Shown here piece by piece: positions 9,476 through 15,284 of a stretch of 24,370 bases of DNA (the stretch's first letter is position 1; every line of letters starts with the position of its first letter). The notes beneath the pieces are model-generated. The model was not told the origin of the DNA, made no database searches, and was given only the letters and a program-made list of their open reading frames with translations. The stretch covers positions 1 to 24,370 of the forward strand of contig JAUWNO010000001.1 in NCBI GenBank assembly GCA_030612605.1, given 5' to 3'. The DNA comes from Armatimonadota bacterium. Lineage in GTDB: Bacteria; Cloacimonadota; Cloacimonadia; Cloacimonadales; TCS61. A program made the position numbers and the translations under genes.

Positions 9476-9570
9476 AATAACCTCCGTTTTATTAACACCC
9501 TCTATATACATATCCCCAAAATCATCAAAATGTGACTTCACCACTCGATATTTTTTTCACTTTCTGCTGT

Positions 9571-9634
9571 GCCTAACATCTATATGCCACGCCAATTATT
9601 TTATGGCGTCTAACCAACCTATAGTTACAACGTT
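9571..9634 (-). mobile_element. Putative attC-like site (upstream end of cassette) ending in GTTAGGC
   Basis: Minus strand reads AACG-TTGTA-ACTATAGG...ACGCCA-9nt-TGGCGT-GG-CATATAG-AT-GTTAGGC, an imperfect hairpin with a GTTRRRY core. Its flank is the exact complement of the 7917-7928 core. Confidence 0.55.
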
Positions 9635-9673
9635 TTATGGTGTGACAATTTTAATAAATTATTTATCATACAA

Positions 9674-11386
9674 CTACTCATTTTGATTTTCCAATCTCAG
9701 CTTTCCTGAATTAACCGAATTATACCTCCACTCCGGAATAAAAAAAGCAGCTTTCTCATCATAAGGTCTGTATCTTCGGAAATTGATTTTCATTTCTTTT
9801 GTGTCTTCATTAAATCCGATTTCATTTAAAGGAATCTTAATTTCAACCATCCAGCTATTATCGAAAATCCTGGTTTGAACCTCAAAATTCCCATTCCACT
9901 CTTTATCATATTTATTCTCTTTCAAATCTGTTCTCATATCCCAGATCGCTTCATTGGGATTAACATAAAATTGATAAATTACGTTTCCATCAGCAGATAA
10001 TAAAAATCCCATAGAATCATCATAATAAACATCCTCATCTCTGCCTGTAAAATCAGCTTTCAGGCTGTCTGTATTTTCCTCTGTGCAAATGGTTGCGATA
10101 TAAAGAAATTCGTCATTATGCAGAAAGAAGACCTGCGTTTTATCTAAATTGGAAAGCTCCCCTTCTTCGTCTCCGAACTCATCAACAACAAATGCTCCTT
10201 TCTTTTCTTTCTTAGTAATCATACCATCAATTTCTGGAATCTTCTTAACTTCTGTACTTTGGATTATCCTGGTGATATTCAATGGTTTTTCATATATGAA
10301 TTGCTTTTCTCTTCCGAATGGATAAACAAATTTCAGGATAGGAAGAGGGAAAAAGTTTCCTTGTTTGATAATAATTAATTCCGTTTTCAGAGTATCTCCG
10401 GGTTGGATGGAAACAGGAATTACAGATTCATAAACTATCCAGTTTTCTTTTATTAGAATTTCTATGTTTTCATTAATGGTTTTTTCAGTATCATTATAAA
10501 TGCTGATTTCAATATTTAATTCATCTGGTTTGGAATCATCCTCAGTTCTGCTTTTCGTTTGAATAAATTTTTTGCGAATATTATAAGAGAGTTGCTCTTC
10601 CTCAATTGTAACAAGGTCTTTAGCAAACATATTTCCGGATTTTATGAGAGAAGTGTGAATTTTATCTGCTTCCACTTTGCACCACAGATATTGATAGAAA
10701 ATTCCCAGCTCGTCATTTTCTGCCGGCATTCCACCACCTGAACTGCCCACCAGATAATATTCGATTCCATCAATTTCATTGTACGCATATTGATGCCAGT
10801 GTCCTGTGAAAACAGCATCGACATTATACTCTTTAAATAAATCATGCATGAAATCTTCATTTCCCTCTGCAACCGCATTTGCCCAAAATGGTTTATGCAT
10901 GAAAACATAAATATTGGTTTTATCTTTATTCATTTGCAGGTCTTCTGTGAACCATTCAATCTGGATTTCATCCATTTCATCATAGTTGGAAACTGTAGAA
11001 TTATCTAAAATAATGAAATGTGTGTTTCCATAATCAAATGAATAATACGGGTCATTTCCGGTTTTCTCTGTAAATGTTTTTGCTGATGCTTCATCATAAA
11101 TATCGTGATTCCCCGGTATGTAATAAACAGGACATTCAAAAATTTTCATTGTTTCCATAGGAACGTCCCAATCGCTCAGAATTCGTCCGTCTTCAACTAA
11201 ATCTCCCACAGTGACCACAAAATCCGGACGAAGATTGCTCATCTCTTTCACTACCAATTCAAAAGCTTCCTGGTCTGCTCCACCGGTTCTGTCACCTAAA
11301 ATAGCAAAGTGAAAATTGTCTTCTGCGATTAACGTGAATGTTAATAATAAGATAATAAATATTATTATAATTTTAAAATTTCTCAT
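9674..11386 (-). CDS. Secreted calcineurin-like metallophosphoesterase with C-terminal CBM9-like sugar-binding domain
   Basis: Signal peptide; ILGDRTG, VGDLVE, PGNHD, FMHKP and TGHWH motifs; C-terminal T-V-F-H-D-FLYIA..D..YYDDSMGFL..YQFYVNP..W-VEIKIP..INFRR pattern typical of CBM9-like domains. Confidence 0.8.
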   Translation of the reverse strand: MRNFKIIIIFIILLLTFTLIAEDNFHFAILGDRTGGADQEAFELVVKEMSNLRPDFVVTVGDLVEDGRILSDWDVPMETMKIFECPVYYIPGNHDIYDEASAKTFTEKTGNDPYYSFDYGNTHFIILDNSTVSNYDEMDEIQIEWFTEDLQMNKDKTNIYVFMHKPFWANAVAEGNEDFMHDLFKEYNVDAVFTGHWHQYAYNEIDGIEYYLVGSSGGGMPAENDELGIFYQYLWCKVEADKIHTSLIKSGNMFAKDLVTIEEEQLSYNIRKKFIQTKSRTEDDSKPDELNIEISIYNDTEKTINENIEILIKENWIVYESVIPVSIQPGDTLKTELIIIKQGNFFPLPILKFVYPFGREKQFIYEKPLNITRIIQSTEVKKIPEIDGMITKKEKKGAFVVDEFGDEEGELSNLDKTQVFFLHNDEFLYIATICTEENTDSLKADFTGRDEDVYYDDSMGFLLSADGNVIYQFYVNPNEAIWDMRTDLKENKYDKEWNGNFEVQTRIFDNSWMVEIKIPLNEIGFNEDTKEMKINFRRYRPYDEKAAFFIPEWRYNSVNSGKLRLENQNE

Positions 11387-11430
11387 ATAAGCTCCCCTAA
11401 AAAAAACTTGAGTTCTCCCGCTTCCTGCCT

Positions 11431-11457
11431 GTCATTCCCACGAAAGTGGGAATCTAC
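11431..11457 (+). repeat. ATTCCC-N8-GGGAAT palindromic repeat (dRS3-like, GTCATTCCCACGAAAGTGGGAATC)
   Basis: Perfect stem ATTCCCAC/GTGGGAAT with a GAAA loop. Confidence 0.8.
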
Positions 11458-11547
11458 GAAAAGAGAACAGAAAATAGTTTCCTGCTTTTTTAGCTTGTTC
11501 CCAAACTTTTAACCCGTTGAATAACAGGTCTGTTCGGGAATACAATG

Positions 11548-11573
11548 CGTTACGAAAGAGGACTTTCGTAACG
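11548..11573. repeat. Palindrome CGTTACGAAAG-agga-CTTTCGTAACG
   Basis: Perfect 11-bp inverted repeat with a 4-nt loop. Confidence 0.75.
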
Positions 11574-11578
11574 AGCAA

Positions 11579-11634
11579 TTTTTTGTGGATTCCCGTCCCC
11601 AATCAAGTTGAGGACAAACTTTCACAGGAATGAC
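11579..11634 (-). repeat. Second, inverted copy of the 7792-7846 repeat
   Basis: Reverse complement reads gtcattcctgtgaaagtttgtcctcaacttgattggggacgggaatccacaaaaaa. Confidence 0.85.
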
Positions 11635-11642
11635 AATAAGTT

Positions 11643-11680
11643 AAAACTTCGGAAGCCTTTAAAGACTTCCGAAGCTTTTT
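11643..11680. terminator. Hairpin CTTCGGAAG-10nt-CTTCCGAAG flanked by A/T tracts; REP-like and/or intrinsic terminator of the SBP gene
   Basis: Perfect 9-bp stem 11647-11655/11666-11674 with AAAA and TTTTT flanks, about 12 nt after the SBP stop. Confidence 0.55.
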
Positions 11681-11691
11681 ACTGATTCCTC

Positions 11692-12441
11692 TTAAACTCC
11701 CCGCTTTTTCAAAATCTTATCAAAAGTCCCGTCTTCTTTTATCTTGTCTAAAGCAGCCTGTAATTTCTTAACAACCGCATCAGAAGTATTTTTATTGATG
11801 GCAAGATAATATCCGCCTTTGGTGAGTTCTTCCAGGATAAATACTCCATTGATAACTTCTTCTGGTTTAAAGCCGGCTTCCTTTACAATATAACTTGCAG
11901 TTACATCCGGCATGGGCCACAAATCGATCTCTTTGTTCATCAGCTTTTCAAAATTGGCTTTGTTGTTTTCAGACACGATTAACTGCTCATCAATCTCGAA
12001 ACCTTTAGATTTGAAAAAGCTTTCCCGTGCATCACCCGGAGTGATCCCGATTTTGTACTTTTCCATTTCTTCTAAAGCTAAGATTTCAATATCCTCTCTT
12101 TCTGCCAGAACAAAAACTGAATAATTCGTGGGAGCAATTGTTCCCACCCATTTGAAAAGTTCTTCCCTGTCCGGTCTGCGGCTTGTTGAAAATAAGATGC
12201 AATTTTTTGTGCTCAGAGCAGTTTCATAAGATTCTTTCCAGGGATGAACCTGAACCTCATAAGATATTCCTGCTTCGGTTAAAATGGCTTTCACAACCTC
12301 TGTTGATAAGCCAGCTATTTCTCCATCCTTTGTAAAATTAAAAGGTGGAAATTCCTCTGTTAACACCACAAGATGCTGTTTGGCGCATGACAAAATAAGC
12401 ACCATGCAAAGTAACAGAACAAATTTAATTCCTGCTTTCAT
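11692..12441 (-). CDS. Family-3 (amino-acid-type) extracellular solute-binding lipoprotein
   Basis: Start placed at ATG 12441 (GGAGG RBS, lipobox LILSC). Motifs TEEFPPFNF, GEIAGLSTEVVKAIL, PWK, RREELFKWVG and LQAALDKIKEDGTFDKILKK. Confidence 0.88.
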   Translation of the reverse strand: MKAGIKFVLLLCMVLILSCAKQHLVVLTEEFPPFNFTKDGEIAGLSTEVVKAILTEAGISYEVQVHPWKESYETALSTKNCILFSTSRRPDREELFKWVGTIAPTNYSVFVLAEREDIEILALEEMEKYKIGITPGDARESFFKSKGFEIDEQLIVSENNKANFEKLMNKEIDLWPMPDVTASYIVKEAGFKPEEVINGVFILEELTKGGYYLAINKNTSDAVVKKLQAALDKIKEDGTFDKILKKRGV

Positions 12442-12690
12442 TTTTTCCCTCCGTTTTTTTTCTCCAACTATTTTGGATTTTTTTCTTTCTTTTTTACTCC
12501 CAAAACTTTCTGTCCAGACTACGATATTGCACAGCTTCGCTGATGTAGATATTGGAAAGAACTTCCGTAGAAATACCGAAAAGCCAACTCGGGCTTCCAC
12601 TTATAGAGTTAAAAAATACAATCAGTCCGAATACTGAATATTTTTAACACAATGTCCCTGACTGTCCACTTAAAAAACAGGTTAGTCCAA

Positions 12691-12828
12691 TTATTTTTTC
12701 TTCGGCGGCGGCGGCGGCGGCGGCGGCTTTATACGATCTGGTGGTGGACTAACATTCCGTCCTTTGTTAACTCCTTCTCGAATTATCGTAGATCTAGGTG
12801 GTGGTGGATTTGATTCTTTCTTTCCCAT
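12691..12828 (-). CDS. 45-aa proline-rich basic micropeptide (not in the ORF track)
   Basis: GGAGG RBS 6 nt before ATG 12828. Translation MGKKESNPPPPRSTIIREGVNKGRNVSPPPDRIKPPPPPPPPKKK*. Overlaps the last 35 nt of the upstream DUF6338-like gene. Confidence 0.6.
   Translation of the reverse strand: MGKKESNPPPPRSTIIREGVNKGRNVSPPPDRIKPPPPPPPPKKK
12703..12726. repeat. (CGG)8 / (CCG)8 trinucleotide microsatellite encoding Pro8
   Basis: Eight perfect CGG units read directly. Confidence 0.95.
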
Positions 12829-13453
12829 TTTTTACCTCCCACGTTTTTTTCATAAATTCAACCATTTTAACTTCTTTCACATCGACCATTATTGAATTTA
12901 AACCTGTTAGTTGAATTTCTCCTTTTTCTTTGCCTTTCTCATCAGAATCAAGCCATGAGGCTTGTACGAGGACAAAATGTCCTTTTTCTGAATCCGATGG
13001 CCATTCTTTTACCCAACCATAAAGCCGTCTCTCACCGTCCAAATGAAGGACAATATATGTCTCATTATCTTTATCTAGAAACGTTCCGAACCATTCAGAA
13101 GGATATGAAGTTTCCTTAGTAATGTTCCAATTTCGTAGTTTTGTGTGAACTTTATCGTTATTAGCGTAATAAGAAAAAATAATTCCAAATAGTATAGCAA
13201 CAGCTATAGACCAAATTAAGTTAGAATATGAATTCCAGTTAAATAAAGGCAATTTGTTTCCAATCAAGAACATCAATTCTTTGAATAGATAAACAAACCC
13301 CTGTATAAAAATTGTAAAAATAAGAGCTTGCACAACTCTCTCAAATTGAGACGGCTTTGGGAATGAGGTTAAACCATAAAAAATCCAAGCCGCTACAAAT
13401 CCTGGAAATAAATATTGAAATAATGTAACAAGGTCTTTTGATAAAGATTCCAT
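12794..13453 (-). CDS. DUF6338-like membrane protein
   Basis: N-terminal YLFPGFVAAW..F, ERVVQALIF, three TM segments, then PSEW..F, YIVLHL.GERRLYGW...WP.....GHF-L..A.WL; recalled as the DUF6338 pattern. Confidence 0.7.
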   Translation of the reverse strand: MESLSKDLVTLFQYLFPGFVAAWIFYGLTSFPKPSQFERVVQALIFTIFIQGFVYLFKELMFLIGNKLPLFNWNSYSNLIWSIAVAILFGIIFSYYANNDKVHTKLRNWNITKETSYPSEWFGTFLDKDNETYIVLHLDGERRLYGWVKEWPSDSEKGHFVLVQASWLDSDEKGKEKGEIQLTGLNSIMVDVKEVKMVEFMKKTWEVKNGKERIKSTTT

Positions 13454-13637
13454 TTGTAATTTTACCTCTATTATTCAACTTTGTTAATGCTAATATACAT
13501 TATGCTGCTTGTTTATGCAGTATAGGAATAATCATCTAATATGACTTAATTAATAAACTACTTAACTTATTGAACAACATACAAAAAAATCGAATCATTT
13601 TCTATGTCAATATTATTTCCTGTAACATTTTTAAAAT

Positions 13638-15176
13638 TTATTCCCAAAATTTCCTGTCCAAACTCCGATATTGAACTGCTTCGCTGACGTGAGCTACTGT
13701 TATATTTTCACTTTCTTCCAGATCAGCAATTGTACGGGAAACCTTTAAAATTCTATCATAAGCCCTGGCAGAAAGTCCCATCTTATCCATTGCCATTTTG
13801 AGCACATTTTTACTTTCATCATCCAATTGGCAATATTTTCTTATCTGTTTGGGATTCATCTGGGAATTACTGTAAATTTTTTCAACTGCAAATCTTTCCA
13901 ATTGGATGTCTCGTGATATATTCACTCTTTGCCTGATACTTTCGGATTTCTCTCCGGTTGGAAGTCCGCTGAGTTCTTCATATTTCACAGCAGGAACTTC
14001 CATGTGAATATCGATCCTATCCAGAAGCGGACCGGAAATCCGGGAGCGATATCTTTGAATATTGGCAATCGGACATGAACAAGTGTGTCCTTCCACATTG
14101 CTGCCGAAATATCCACACGGACAAGGATTCATGGAAGCAACCATCATAAACTTAGCAGGAAATTCCAGGCTTTGAGTAGCTCGTGAAATAGTTACAACCT
14201 CATCTTCAAGCGGCTGGCGAAGAACTTCCAACACAGATTTTTTAAATTCCGGCAATTCATCCAAAAAGAGAACTCCATTATGAGATAAAGATACTTCTCC
14301 GGGTTTGGGATAACTTCCACCGCCAATCAGGGCAACATCGCTAATTGTGTGATGCGGAGAACGAAACGGACGACTGGTTACAACTCCCTTTCTGCTACCG
14401 ATCAAACCTGCAACAGAATGTATTTTGGTGGTCTCCAAAGATTCTTCCAAAGTCAATCCCGGCAGAATTGTAGGAATACGTCGGGCTAACATTGTTTTCC
14501 CAGAACCTGGGGGACCGAGCATAAGCACATTATGTCCGCCTGCTGCTGCTACTTCCAAAGCTCTTTTCACATGAAACTGCCCTTTCACATCATACATATC
14601 AACCGGACTTTCATTCAGTTGAGCAAAAATTTCCTTTTTATCTACTTTGACAGGTTCAATCTCGATCTTTCCTTCCAGAAAGTTCACAACTTCATTCAAC
14701 GAAGTTGCGGGAAAAACATTTAATTCTTCAATAATAGCAGCTTCTTTTGCGTTCTCATAGGGAAGAATAAGACCATCCAGTTCATCTTTCCAGCAAGCTA
14801 TGGCAACCGGCAGAACTCCACGAACAGGTCGCAAATTGCCGTCTAAAGATAGTTCTCCTATAAAAGCATATCTTTCCATTTTATTTGATTTCATCTGGTG
14901 CAAAGCTAAAACTAAAGCTAATGAAGTGGGAAGGTCCAATGCCACGCCATCTTTTTTAATATCTGCAGGAGCGAGATTAACAGTATATCTGTGGGTCGGA
15001 AACCTGAAACCGGAATTCTTAATTGCTGCTGAAACTCTATCCCGGCTTTCTTTCACAGAATTGGATGGTAATCCTACAATGTTAAATTTGTACAATCCAC
15101 CTTTAACATCTGCTTCCACAATGATCTGCTCAGCATCGATTCCCTGAATTGCATACGAAATTGTTCTGCCGTACAT
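13638..15176 (-). CDS. comM: YifB/ComM family Mg-chelatase-like AAA+ ATPase
   Basis: Start placed at ATG 15176 (AAGGAG RBS). Motifs VGLPSNSVKESRDRV, VNLAPADIKK, GELSLDG, GPPGSGKTMLARR, RPFRSPHH, LFLDELPEF, SMNPCPCG, ISGPLLDRID and SARAYDRILKVSRTIADL. Confidence 0.95.
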   Translation of the reverse strand: MYGRTISYAIQGIDAEQIIVEADVKGGLYKFNIVGLPSNSVKESRDRVSAAIKNSGFRFPTHRYTVNLAPADIKKDGVALDLPTSLALVLALHQMKSNKMERYAFIGELSLDGNLRPVRGVLPVAIACWKDELDGLILPYENAKEAAIIEELNVFPATSLNEVVNFLEGKIEIEPVKVDKKEIFAQLNESPVDMYDVKGQFHVKRALEVAAAGGHNVLMLGPPGSGKTMLARRIPTILPGLTLEESLETTKIHSVAGLIGSRKGVVTSRPFRSPHHTISDVALIGGGSYPKPGEVSLSHNGVLFLDELPEFKKSVLEVLRQPLEDEVVTISRATQSLEFPAKFMMVASMNPCPCGYFGSNVEGHTCSCPIANIQRYRSRISGPLLDRIDIHMEVPAVKYEELSGLPTGEKSESIRQRVNISRDIQLERFAVEKIYSNSQMNPKQIRKYCQLDDESKNVLKMAMDKMGLSARAYDRILKVSRTIADLEESENITVAHVSEAVQYRSLDRKFWE

Positions 15177-15244
15177 AAATGCTCCTTTAATTTGCATCAA
15201 CCGTGTTGATGCTTAAAATATCACGGATATTTTACTCCAAATTC

Positions 15245-15276
15245 AACCTTTCCGAAGGTTCGAAACCTTCGCAAGA
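15245..15276. repeat. Hairpin CGAAGGTT-cga-AACCTTCG, related to the 11643-11680 palindrome
   Basis: 8-bp perfect stem 15253-15260/15264-15271 between the lamin-tail gene and comM. Confidence 0.55.
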
Positions 15277-15284
15277 TTTAATAT

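Noticed and set aside
9476-9544. N-terminal extension of the FG-GAP ORF
   Set aside because: The ATG at 9475 has a GGAGG RBS and gives a normal signal peptide; the extension does not.
12442-12600. N-terminal extension of the SBP ORF
   Set aside because: Low-complexity intergenic sequence; the ATG at 12441 has the RBS and lipoprotein signal.
14800-15147. Antisense or alternate-frame ORFs in the track (also 293..604, 799..1143, 1957..2319, 2848..3231, 5475..5780, 6120..6641, 12284..12637, 18733..20029, 20296..20987, 21805..22476)
   Set aside because: Shadows of well-supported genes, with no motifs or RBS.
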